From the NCBI RefSeq assembly GCF_009914755.1, contig NC_060932.1: DNA of 64,000 nucleotides; one strand, given 5' to 3'. This DNA comes from the human T2T-CHM13v2.0 reference genome, Homo sapiens. The notes below the pieces were generated by a model that did not search any database, was not told the DNA's origin, and worked only from the letters and a program-made list of their open reading frames with translations. The position numbers and the translations under genes were made by a program. Within the stretch, counting starts at the first letter, position 1. Each line of letters begins with the position of its first letter. Positions 1 to 11,741 of the stretch are shown here, one piece after another.

Positions 1-230
1 GTTGGACTAACATAATTTGGCTTAAATCATTAACCATTTAATCATATGGTTCATCTTTCCGTTGTGACCAGCCCCCATTCCAAGTCATCTTGTTGGCACA
101 AACTCAGGGATGCTGCAGGGCCTGCTTTGGAATATCAAAGACACTTGTATCACTTAGGACATTATAAGGTTTTAAAAGGGTCTCTTTAGAAACCAGGAAT
201 AAAATAAAACAGATTCTTTATTATATAACA
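1..230 (-). mobile_element. ERVL-class LTR fragment, MER21-like (truncated by window edge)
   Basis: Motifs 'cacaaactcagg...caaagacacttgtatcact...aaggtttta...ccaggaa...ttattatataaca' resemble the MER21 terminus; recognised by eye. Confidence 0.45.
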
Positions 231-588
231 GTGAAATAGTAGGGGAGCAAGAAGAGATGAGAAAGGAAAGAGTCTCTGTGCTATGTTCTCATTTCATTTC
301 ACAGTATTTAAAAATGCAGCATCCTATATGGCAAGTTCAGATACTTGAAATTATGCTGTAGATAATAGGCAGCTGATAGTAGTTTCTAAGTAGAATAGTC
401 ATATGATTAGTATATGTCTTCAGGAGGATATTGGGTAAGAGTCTGGAAGTTGGATTAGATAGGGAGATTAGTGACATATCTTCAAGTTAGTAGAATATCA
501 TCAGAATTAAGGTGAGATAAAAAAGACACTATCAAGGGTCATCAAAAGAAGAGGCTAAATAACAGGGACATTTAAGATATAGAATTAG

Positions 589-918
<330 letters not shown>

Positions 919-1239
919 TTAAGGATGCTTCTGAGCTTTCTAGCTTGAGAACAGTTTGATCTTACATCAATGTGTAGGTTTGTGCTGAAAATAATTTATG
1001 CATAGGCCAGAGAAAAATATTTATTTTATAAGTATTTGGAAAAAAGTTAAACGTGCTGCATTACTGATTTTGAAAATAGATGTTTGAGTTTAACCTGACA
1101 AAAAGGGTTATACATTTGCCCTTTTTGTATGTACATTACACATACATGACAGTACACGTGACAATGAGTTTCATTTCCTATCTGCATGATCAGGACACTG
1201 CAGCAGGAGCCTCCTTTTGGCATTTATGTATTATGTTCT

Positions 1240-2900
1240 GAAAGTTTTAAGTTCTCACTATTTCTAGGCTCTGTAGAGTGACAGGCTTTAAGGGTGAAAG
1301 AAAATTATATGCCAAATACAAGGGATCAATGGAAACATGATACAATCTTTATTTGAGCAGGACTGTAACATTATTTTTAGTTGTTTGTAGACAGGAAAGT
1401 GTTCCATAGGAAAGGTAATGGTGTTGCCCCTTAGAATTCTTTGAACAATAGCACCAACACTGCCTTGCAGAAGACGTAAAGATGGAAATTCTCCCTCAAG
1501 AGGCCAATCTAGGATTGGAATTGTTTTTGAGGAAACATTTGAGCCTTGTTTTCTATTTCAAAACTGTTAGGAACACAAATAACACCTTTAGCATATAACA
1601 GCTGTGAACCTCCATGCTGAGAATGAATGCATTATGCAGCTTCAAGAGTGTAAATATATGTTTATCAGGGATCAGTCCAAAACTGAGAATGTGCTAAGCT
1701 CCAGACAGCTGGCAAGAGCCCTGGGACAAAGGTTAAGATTTCCTTTAAAAATAAACTGATAGAAAATTGGTGGTGATGGTGGGTTTACCTAGCATTATAT
1801 GCTTAAAAATATGCTGGCACCCTTACCAGCTAATGACACAAATGTAAGTGCAAATGAAATCAATGCTCTGTGCTTATTTTATTTCACAATAACTGAACTT
1901 CATGTAAGTAAAATACAAGAGAGTATATACGAGTAGCATTTTAACTCAAAAATCAATAATTTAAAAAATCATTTCTATAGAAAATGTCTTTATACCACAG
2001 AAGATATTTTTAGATGTCTTTTGCAAGGCTTTGTTTGTTCCCGAGATTTAAGCTACATTGTAAGAAACAACAATTCTCACTCAGAGGCTTCAATTCAAGT
2101 TTTCCCTCTGGAGATGGTTTTCAGGATACAGGCAACAAACAATGTCCAAGGCTTTCCTATGTTGTGTCTTCCCACCTTTTAATTTTGAGCCTTGATAACG
2201 CTGTGCTACTGTGTTGATTACCCATTCTCTTTAAACATTCTTTTCCAGGATTTTAAACCACACATTATAGCAATGTAGAATAAATGAAATTTTCAATACC
2301 AGTTCAATGATAGGTGTGATAGTATTAAACCCACTAGAAGTCATTTTTCATGATTTGTATTACATTTGGAAGCACTCTTCATTGCCACTACCTAAGCAAA
2401 TTTTTATGTTAACCAAAATAGACACAAATAAAGGACAATCAAGTTTTTTTTCCCTGTGGTCTGCTATATCCCTGCATTTTATAAGTCTTATTTACTTATT
2501 TAGTTGTTCATTTTGAACAAAGTCCATACACATTAATAATTTTAGACCTACTTTGCTATATTTTACAATGATTTTCATATACTTAGAATTTGATATTTGA
2601 TCATTAGTCATCACTTAACTTGTACATTAGAAGTTAAGAAAAACAACCTGAATCATGGGTCATAGGCTTCCTATATAGAACTGAAAGTTGAACAAGATTG
2701 TTTCTATTTTCTTTGGACATTAGCATTCGATTTTAATGTTTATTCCACTTTAGTGCTTTATTATTTGATTTAAATTTCCTGATGTTACCTAAGTACTTCA
2801 TGCAAATTAGCATATAGTGCTTTTGTTTATGCTTTATTCACTTTACGAAATACCCTTTCCATCAGGAAGAAAATCCATTATGATCTAGATCAAACATCAA
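1240..2900 (+). mobile_element. Ancient non-mammalian-type L1 ORF2 fossil (Z, RT and post-RT region)
   Basis: Ordered motifs with frameshifts: TGKC (1391)..LEFFEQ (1431) ~ GKSPGPDGLPxEFY; RDQS (1667) ~ DQxGF; WDKG*DFL (1722) ~ FDKVxWDFL; KCLYTTEDI (1982) ~ KISLYADDI; ORF 2307-2516 PLEVIFHDLYYIWKHSSLPL ~ PLLxxIxxDLxxWxxLxLSL; QPESWV (2644). Confidence 0.6.
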
Positions 2901-3239
2901 CTATTTGCTGTGTGTTTCAATTTCACCATTCCTAACTTTTAATTTCTAACAATCAGTAAAGTTACATATGACATTACAAGAAGGAAAAGGAGCAAACATA
3001 TTCTTACCTACTCAATACCTGTCTGTTTGGTGCATACTCTTTTTCTTGTAATATATTGGAGGTTAACAAAGCTTAATGCAGTTAGCTAACTTCTCCATGT
3101 GACACAGACAAGATGTTGAATGTCTAAAATGCAACTTAATAGAAAACAGAACAAGCTTATGCTCCTCATTTCTACAATAAGATAATTTTAATTTATGTCG
3201 CTAACTTGTAGTTTACTAGCTAAGCCTGATTTTTTCTTA

Positions 3240-3950
3240 TGCCGTTTGCTGGTTAAAGGGTTATCCCACAAGTTTAACTCACTCCCTTTTCTCTCTAACT
3301 CTTGCTACTGGAAAAGTAAACTGATGTGGTACTTTCTTAGAGCATGGCAGTAGAGCTTTCCCATAAGGTCTTGTTTAGATCACCTTGGACACAGCAGATA
3401 AAAGTGTAATAAGATTTAGGCTTGAAATGAAGATTTTTTGTGGAAATATGGGGAAGATGTAAAAAGTCTCTTAGCTTTACAGCAAATATAATCCAGTCTC
3501 AAGGTTACTGGAGTTTTCTGCATTTCTATTTTGTATTGCTTGGAAGCAAAAATTTCCTTACTAATAAAATATAATGTTGATTTTTTTGTCAGTGTACCTT
3601 GTCTTTCTATCTCCCTTAAAAAAATTTAGAAGAAAAATTGATAGCAAGATAGAATTTGTGGATTTCTGCCTCAATTGGCCAAATGTTATCTAAAAGTCAT
3701 TGAGCGCTATCCTTATTTCCAGTAGGCCTATTAATAATAACACCAAAAGGCACCCACCCAAATTTTGTGTTATACCCACTGTCAGGTTGTTGACGTCTTA
3801 TTGATCTTAATATTCCCAGAATATAACATAGTAACTGACAGATAAATGCATGAATAAATGCAATTGAAATTGAACTCAAATAAACCTTATGTCAAAATTA
3901 ATATATTTTGAAGCTATCATTTATTAAGTATATAAAGGAAGTATGTCTAA
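3240..3950 (+). mobile_element. Ancient L1 endonuclease + linker fossil
   Basis: VCW/VKGL (3244-3263) ~ SWNVKGL; AWKQKFP (3538) ~ DxWRxxNP; SKIEF (3642) ~ SRIDY; LSKSH*ALSL (3686) ~ LSDHxxVSL; EAI..KGSM (~3910-3945) ~ WEAxKAxIRG. Confidence 0.5.
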
Positions 3951-4168
3951 CATAATGCAGTGTTGTTTATTGTGAAGACAGTCTTGTTTCCTTCAGGAAG
4001 GAGTGTTTAAATATTCTTTCCATTAGTAGTGAGGGTGAACTGAACCTTATACATTCTTTCCCTTGTTCTGCTTGTGGCCAGTTGCAATTATTTATGAAAC
4101 ATATGGGTAGAATAGGGTGTACAGTGTAAAGCCAGGGAACACAATGGCTGTCTTTGTATGATGCTTGC

Positions 4169-4242
4169 TGTCTCATATGGGGAATAAACCCCTGACCTTG
4201 GCCTCATTAACACCAAGCTCTAATGAGCTGAGATAATGGGTC
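4169..4242 (-). pseudogene. Decayed tRNA-Ile(AAT)-derived sequence (tRNA pseudogene or head of a MamSINE1-like tRNA SINE)
   Basis: 74-nt ungapped match to remembered human tRNA-Ile(AAT), about 54/74 identical by hand; T-loop and anticodon arm mutated (ggtgttaatgaggccaaggtc). Confidence 0.75.
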
Positions 4243-4724
4243 CAGATTGTACACCAGCAGGTATCAAATCTAATTTAATTCAACCATTTATTCCTATTTT
4301 TTAGAACTGACTTTTTAGAGTGTGATATTCAAGTATACATACTTTCTAAGATTTCTAAAACAGTATATATTTGCTTTCTGGTGGTTGGACCTGAAAAATG
4401 AACATTACCCTTTTAATCCCTTCAAACTTATTCATTTCAAGTAGGCTATCGAATTGTTGCCATAAATAGTGTTTTCAGGTAGATATAATCCCATTACATA
4501 TTTTGTGGTTAGCTGGTCAGGTGCCAACAGATACAAAAAAAAAGACAGATTCCTAACAATATATGAGGCAAGCAGACATGTTGGTTTGGGTAATGTAATT
4601 AACTTGAGAAGACAAAATACAATATTTAGTTTTTTTAGCCTTTCTCAGCTGCTCTCAGGCAGCATAAAACTCTAAAACTACTTGGTCCAAATCATTACCT
4701 TTCTCACTCAAGCAATTGATTATG

Positions 4725-4730
4725 TGAGTG

Positions 4731-4766
<36 letters not shown>

Positions 4767-4805
4767 TGCATGTATATATGTGTGTATATATATATACATA
4801 TATAT

Positions 4806-4843
<38 letters not shown>
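4725..4843. repeat. Compound (CA)n/(TA)n/(TG)n microsatellite
   Basis: Read directly. Confidence 0.95.
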
Positions 4844-4848
4844 GCAGT

Positions 4849-5093
4849 CCAAGGATGCTAAACTATAGTAGCTTTTTGGTAAAACATGGAATATAGCCTG
4901 TGGCTTGTTTTTCTACACTTTATGGAAATGTTAGCCATGCCCATTTGTTTACCTATTGTCTATTGTTTATTTCGTGCTATAAAGGCAGAATCCAGTCCTT
5001 TAACAGGAACCTAATATTTAAAATGTTTAAGAGGGACAAAGTTTAAAATAGTTCCTATGTAGTCATTTACAAAAAAAGCTTGCTGAATGCTAA
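4849..5093 (+). mobile_element. MER58A-like hAT-Charlie MITE
   Basis: 'agccatgcccatttgtttacctattgtctat...aaggcaga...tttacaaaaaaagcttgctga' follows the MER58A pattern. Confidence 0.7.
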
Positions 5094-5174
5094 CCTGGTC
5101 AGTTAATAGAATTTAATTGACCAAAAATTTAAGTTTTAACAGGCTGACTTATTTATCTCTATAATGAGAAGTAA

Positions 5175-5325
5175 ACGGAAATGGAGTTCCAGGACCTCAG
5201 TGCCAGTTTTGCTTCCCAGATTGGTAATCATTCTATTTCTTTCAGTCTGAATTTCTTTATCAATAAATATATGGTATTGAGTTAGATATTCTCTAAAATG
5301 TATTCTTCACTCTAACTTTGTAATT
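5175..5325 (+). mobile_element. MIR/MIR3 remnant
   Basis: Degenerate core 'gtctgaatttctttatcaataaat...gagttagatattctctaa...ttcactctaac'. Confidence 0.45.
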
Positions 5326-5419
5326 TCAGTTTTTTAGAATTGTAAAAGAAAATTCTGAAATTATTCTAGAGTTTACTGATCTCCCCAAACTGTCACTGTC
5401 TCTCTGACTATCCAACTTT

Positions 5420-8400
5420 CACAATCTAGAGGGAGGGCTTGGGAATCATCACTAACATCCAACAGATAGAACAGATCTAGGGACCCAAGTACAACACTTC
5501 TAAAGTATGTTGTGAGGACTAGAGGAGCAACTTGGATGCACTAAACTGAATCTGGCATAATAATGGATGTGTATGACATAATACTAAGTTTTGCAAAACT
5601 CAAGTCTCCTTCACTATTATTAACCTTATGAAAAACTCATGTTCTTTAGTGATATCCATGGATGGTTCATGTTATCTTCATTTCCTCTAGACTGTCGCAG
5701 ATGCTGCTTATTCTCCATGATAGAGATACAACTTTCCTTCTGTTAACTCTGTTGTTACAAAACTGCGATATTCCGTATCCTTCCTCATCATACATGACAA
5801 CTGGCATTTGATGATGCAAGGGTATTTAAATGGGCCTCATCTCACCTAGATAGAAGCTATTTAGGGCCAATTATGGCTCTTACTCTTACTGAAACTAAAA
5901 TAGGAACTAGATGTTTTCCTTATTTCTTCTGTTGCTTCTTAACAATGGAATGATACATAAAATAATTGTGATGAGGGTGTAGGAATGCAAGAGTGAATGA
6001 GGAAGAAGATTTAGCAATATCATCTAATTGTATTTATTTTACCCGTTAAAAGAATTCTCATGGGACTCTGAATCTCCCATTAGCCTACATATGATTTTTA
6101 CTACTTGAAGGGACCTAGAATATTAATAAAATGTTAACTATTGTTTGATAATTCAGCCACTGCAATTCATCTTGCAACATGTACTTTTTCATTTGGTGAG
6201 GATTAAAAACACATACAAAGGTCTTGTCTTTGTCTAGATATCCTCTTTTTTCTAACCTGTTCAAAATCATTAAAGTTTGTCTTTGCCTGAGCAAGGGCTA
6301 ATGAGATTTAGCTGTGCAGAGATTTCAGGAGACCTGGTATAGGCATTCAACATTCAGGGCACTATTTCCAAACTATTAGAGATTCAACTGTGGAGTATAC
6401 CTAGCATCCAATTGTGTGTACCAACCATGAATCAGCATTGTAAGCGTGGTGGCAGAACAATATGAACACTCTTTAAAAATCTTTAAACAGAGGAAGTAAA
6501 GCATTATGGGCAAAGTTTAAGTATAGTTTATACAGTTTCTGTCTTTCAACACCTTAAATTTCTGGTTGATTATGATTAAAGGATTTAAAGGGCAACCAAA
6601 GAGTCTGGCATAACATTAAATACATCCCAGAACACATAATTGTGACAGCATGCTAACATCTTTGCTCATAAAAATTCATTTTGACATCACATTTATAGGT
6701 GAATAAATTATAACTAAAAATGTTTCATTAAATGAGTAAATTAATCTATTTGACCATTTGCTATTAAAAAATCCATCAATACAATTAGTTGATTTATTTT
6801 TCCTCATGACTAGATTAGGGTTTAAAAAGTTGAAAAATAACCCTAAATCAGGAGCTTGGCTTTTCTAGAATTTTCAGAGAAAGATCATAATATATGTATA
6901 AGATTGGCACATGTGTTTCAGATGCCACTTGACAGCCTAGAGTGAGCCTGTAAGCAGTAGCAATAAAGTTTAGGTAATAAGGAGAAGCATCAGCATAAAG
7001 TCTGCAAAAGCAACTTTTCAGAGAAAAATGGTAAGGAGGTGAGACTTGGAATTCTAAAGTGATAACAAAGCCATAGGGTAGAAGATTGGAATAGGAATAG
7101 ACCAACTTCAGGAGAGGACCCAAGAGCCATGTAAACTTCAAAGGTGTCAAAGTAAAGCCAAAGATCAGGAGGGGAGATGGAAACAAAATGACAAACAAAA
7201 ATTCACTATAAAAAAAGAAAGGCTTTACCTTTTATAAAGGAATTCACTTAAATATTTAATGAGTAATTTCATACTTATATTATTTAGGCTTGCAAAAAGT
7301 TTTAGGACAGTTCATGCAAAGTACATACCAGATGTTAGCCACAAGCTAGTAGGGACCTTGGATATTAACAAAAATTTTATATTTTATTTTTAACTTCAAA
7401 CAAAGAAAATGTATTGATTCTTCCTCAAAAGCATGAAATACTTAACTGACTAGGATAAATCTGAGCCACCAGAATATAGGATGGCCAGTGATAATGCAGT
7501 TCTCTGACCTAGGTGTCAAAAACACATGAATGATTTCTTCAGTGTGCCATCATTAAAATTACTTAGATCCACACTTCTTCATTCTTATGTAATGTGAGAT
7601 TTAAATTCTCTAAATAAAACTTTATATTGGTCTACTTTATGTCTTATGCCCATTCTATGACTAACAGGTTCACTGACATTTCATAAAATGAAATGAAAAA
7701 ATAAGTGCTGTACCTTATGGGAAAGTTAGGATGATATTATGAAAAGGAGGAAAGAATTGAAGGTTGCCAGAAGAAGAAATACAAAAGATAAAGTAACTTT
7801 GTATTAAGATAACTTTACAGTATAATCAGAATTTTCTCCAGCACTTAAACTACTTGTAATTCAGCCTCATAGCACACCCAAAAGATTCGAAGAACAAAAG
7901 AAGCACATTTCTGCATAACCCTATCTGAAAGAGCAAATTTATAGCTCTGGTTTATTATAGAGGAGAAGATTAATTATAGAGACAACAGAAAACAGTTTCA
8001 AATTCCAATTATGAAACTATCACAATGAATTTTTTCCTGGTATGCTGTTGCCACAGTCACTAAAAATCTATGTTTGCTTTCCTCTCCTCCATTTTATCCT
8101 ATATTTAACATTCAAATAGAGCCCTCCTGCTTTTGAATGTAGCATCCTTCATAAGGTACAATTTTTGAGACATTTCTAGCTAAGAAAATTTTATGCAAAG
8201 CCACAGGAAGTAACATGATGCCACGAAAGGGCACTGGATAAGGAGGTGAGGAAGCATGGAGAGTAAGCTGTCTATCTTTGTACATAAATCCTATATGCAT
8301 TAAGTTGACAACCCATTATAGAGCCGTCTATCCATTCTGGAATGCATAGAAACCTTGGCAAAGTATTTTGGTTTGCCAATTTTTGGCACTTGAAACCATT

Positions 8401-9800
8401 TCCCATTGTTCTCACTCTAGCGTTTCTAGATTGAATGATGGTAATTATCAAAATATATCAAAAATTCTCCTAAACGATAAAGGACAGTGTTGGGATGTGA
8501 GTGTGTACATAGGTGTGTGTAGACAGGGTATGTTTGAGAAATGATGAAAATCAGTGATTCAATCCTCTAGCAATATGGCCTATATTTTACAACAAACATA
8601 CATATATATATATATATATATGTAAGATTGGGTCTCCCAAGAGTGATGCATAACTATCTTCATTTTAGTTTGGCTGATTTTCCTAAATATAAATAATTTT
8701 GGCAAATTTCAGTAAAAAAAAAATGCTTCATTAAATACATAGTTTATTTAATAATCAGAGCAACTACCTGTATACTTAATTATATCCATTATTTAATAGA
8801 AAATTATTTCTCTTTCCTTTACAAATATAAGCTGCTTTACTCTCACTTTGCATTTTACTTCTTAGTGTCTTTTAATACACACATTTTCTTATTTCAGTTA
8901 ATACTAAAAGATACAAATTAACAAAGGCTGCTTAATTTTCCTTTGTTTGTTCTTATTTAGACAAGCCAGCTCCATGATCCCTTAATACTCTGTGTCACAA
9001 GTAGGGAAAGCTTATTAAGCTGATGTTACTGATATTTTACATTTTAGAATAATCTCTAGAGCCAAGAAAAACTAAAGTGTTAATGTAATTAAGTTATTAA
9101 TTTCAAGTCCAAATATTTTACTACACTATAGTAAGTCCTGCTTATTAAGTAGGTAGCACATATGGAGAAAATAAACCTCTAGGTTTATTCTAGAGAATCC
9201 TTCATTCTACGGTTCTCCAGAATTCTACTTGGCCTTTTTTACTTTGATAATCAAAATATTAGAATAGGTAAGAATGATTATACCTATGTTGTTATAATTG
9301 GGGTGGCTTAATAATTAGAAATTTCATAATATTTATAAATATGATAAAATAATTATTAAGTGTTCTAGAAATAAGACACACACTCTGAAATGGCAAATAC
9401 ATATGCACACATACACAAACATATGCTCATAATGTATTATCTACTATTTACATGTTTACTATGCAGTCTGATACCAATTTCCTAACTGCTACAATCAGTT
9501 GTTTATTTGAGGAATGAATGTGGTGTTCAAGGCTGTATTCTCTTTAAGATTATGAAAATTCTAATTTATGAGATCTATCATATTCTGGACTAACCTCTCT
9601 GCCCTGACTTCTCTGAGGTTATTTGGCTTCTTCTTTTTTTAAGTACTGAATGTGAATTGCTGGGCCTTTTTTTGCCTTTTTTATATTCACCCATAAAACA
9701 AACCTTATTATTTATGATGCTGAAGCTTCTGACTCTGTAACCTGTTTTCAAGTAATTTCTGGCACTGAACTATTTTTAGCATGATAAGTATTTTAAACCT
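5420..9800 (+). mobile_element. Near full-length ancient non-mammalian-type L1 fossil (ORF1 C-half plus ORF2 EN-Z-RT-Cys)
   Basis: Collinear motifs: ORF1-CTD-like 5630-5790; AFNIQG (6343); IMIKGFKGQPKSLA/NI (6569); YYEKEER (7735); PKRFEEQKKHISA (7877); NEFFPGMLLPQSLK (8024); NRALLLLNV (8115); IFETFLAKKI (8161); NA*KP/GKVFW (8341); FLD* (8423); GS/QE*C (~8629); KIISL-FTN (8800); VNVIKL (9079); RNECGVQG (9510); EIYHILD*PLCPD (9570). Confidence 0.7.
6850..7200 (-). mobile_element. Probable L2 fragment inserted in the ancient L1 EN domain
   Basis: Purine-rich L2-antisense-like texture; interrupts the EN motif order. Weak recognition. Confidence 0.35.
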
Positions 9801-10322
9801 TGTCTAAAAGTAAGAATCGGAATGTGTTTTAGATCCAAACAAAAAGCAAATCATTTTAACACCTGGAGGAGGCTACAGTGATCAATGTAATAATTGATTA
9901 GAATTGGGGATATTAACACAAACTCACGTTAGCTTAATATAGATACAGGTGGTTATTTATAAAAGTGTGTGTGTGTGTGTGTGTGTGTGTCTGTACATGG
10001 GTTAGTATAAATACATATATATATTTTTGCTCAGTCAGTTTAGAGATACTAAAAGAAACAATGCCCCTATGCAACAGCACACCAGGCACAACTTTATTGG
10101 TTCCTAATGCCATTCTCCAATAAAAGCAACCAAGGATCCTTGGAGAAACAGCTAATTCTAGGACATGGTAGAAGATCCTGAGGCATTTTATAGTGTTAGA
10201 AATAAGGAGTGCTCAACACACACACACACACACACACGCACGCACACTTATGAGATCAAAGGCCCATAGGAGGCAACTGGAGAAGCTCCCATTTGCCAAA
10301 ACTGTAACAAGGTGAGCAACAG

Positions 10323-10437
10323 AGTAGTATTGGATTATAATCCAAATTATATAGTAATACTCAGTAGTATTGGATTATAATCCAAATTATATAGTAATAC
10401 TCAGTAGTATTGGATTATAATCCAAATTATATAGTAA
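10323..10437. repeat. Perfect 40-bp tandem repeat x2.9 with a 16-bp palindrome in each unit
   Basis: Unit agtagtattggattataatccaaattatatagtaatactc at 10323, 10363, 10403. Confidence 0.95.
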
Positions 10438-10548
10438 ATAAATATCCATGAATCTATACTGATATAAATATATGATTGGATAAGTAAATGTAGAGAATAG
10501 ACAAATCTGTCACACAGTAGAATTTCAAATAATTATGTAAATAAGCTT

Positions 10549-11120
10549 TGTGATGGTTAATTTTGTGTGCCACCTTGACTAAGCTACAAGATGCCCAGAT
10601 AATTGGTATTACATTATTTGTGGGTGTGTCTGTGAAGGTGTTTCTGGAAGTTATTAGCATTTGAATCAGGATATTGAATAAAAATTACCCTCACCAATAT
10701 GAATGAAAATCATCCATTCCATTGAGGACCTGGATAGACAAAATGGCAGAAGAAGGACAAATTCTCCCTCGTTTGAGCTAGGACATTATCTTCTGCTGCC
10801 TTTGGACATTGCCTTTTCTGGTTCTCAAGCCTTTGGACTCGAGTCAAGACTTACACCATCACTCCTTCTGCACTCTCCCCTTCACTTCTCAGGCCTTTTT
10901 ACTCAGACTGAATTATGCCACCAATTTTCTTGGTCATCTGGCTTGCAGATGACTTCTAGACTCTATAATTGTGTGAGCCAATTACCATAATAAATCTCAT
11001 TGTGTGTCTATGTGTTTGTGTGTGTATGAGTGTGTGTGCGTGTTTATGTGGGGGGGGGCAGTGTGTATGTGTATTCTCCCATTGATTCTGTTTTTTTCTG
11101 GAAAACTCTTGACTAATACG
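10549..11120 (+). mobile_element. MLT2-family (ERVL) solo LTR
   Basis: Starts tgtgatggttaattttgtgtg, ends ...gaaaactcttgactaatac; internal 'gggtgtgtctgtgaaggtgtttctggaag' and TG tract. Confidence 0.85.
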
Positions 11121-11741
11121 CTCTGTGTTCAAGGATGAGGACATGATTCCCCGTTTCTTAGGTGTGGGCTGTGCACAGCAACTTTCTTCCAAAGAATAGT
11201 AGTATGCAAAGAGAGATTTAAAAAGAGTAACTTTCCAGTGGAGAAACCTCTCAAATACTACTTCAGCCAGGTGATTAAGGCCAATATCAAGTCATAAACC
11301 ATGTTGATAATGTGTACCCTTGATATGATGTGATGAAAACGACCCACCATTGGGCTCCTCCTAAAACCTATAACTCCAGTTTTATCATAAGGAAAACATT
11401 AGAAAAATTCCAGAGGAGCACATCCCCCCAAACTAGTCAGTAGTTTAAACTTAAGATCATGAAGAATAGACTCTTAGAAACTGTCACTAGCAAAAGAGTC
11501 CTACAAAATATGATACCTAAATGAAATGTGGTGCCTGGATGGAATCCTGAAACAGAAACAGACCTTAGATAAAAACTAAAGAAATCTCCACGTTATCATT
11601 AGTTAATGATAACGTATCATTATTGGTTCATTAATTGTAACATATGTACTATAAGAATGGAAGATGGCAATTATAGGGGAAACTGGATGCTGGACATTTG
11701 AGAATTCCCTGTATGTTCTTTTAAATTAATCTTTAAATCTA

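Larger units (their letters stand above)
9830..11740 (+). mobile_element. L1MC3/L1MD-type 3' end, split by an MLT2 LTR
   Basis: 'ccattctccaataaaagcaaccaaggatccttggagaaa', 'gtaactttccagtggagaaacc', 'cctggatggaatcctgaaacagaaa', 'ttggttcattaattgtaac'. Confidence 0.8.

Noticed and set aside
10323-10437. Palindromic direct repeats resembling CRISPR
   Set aside because: No unique spacers, eukaryotic context; a simple tandem repeat
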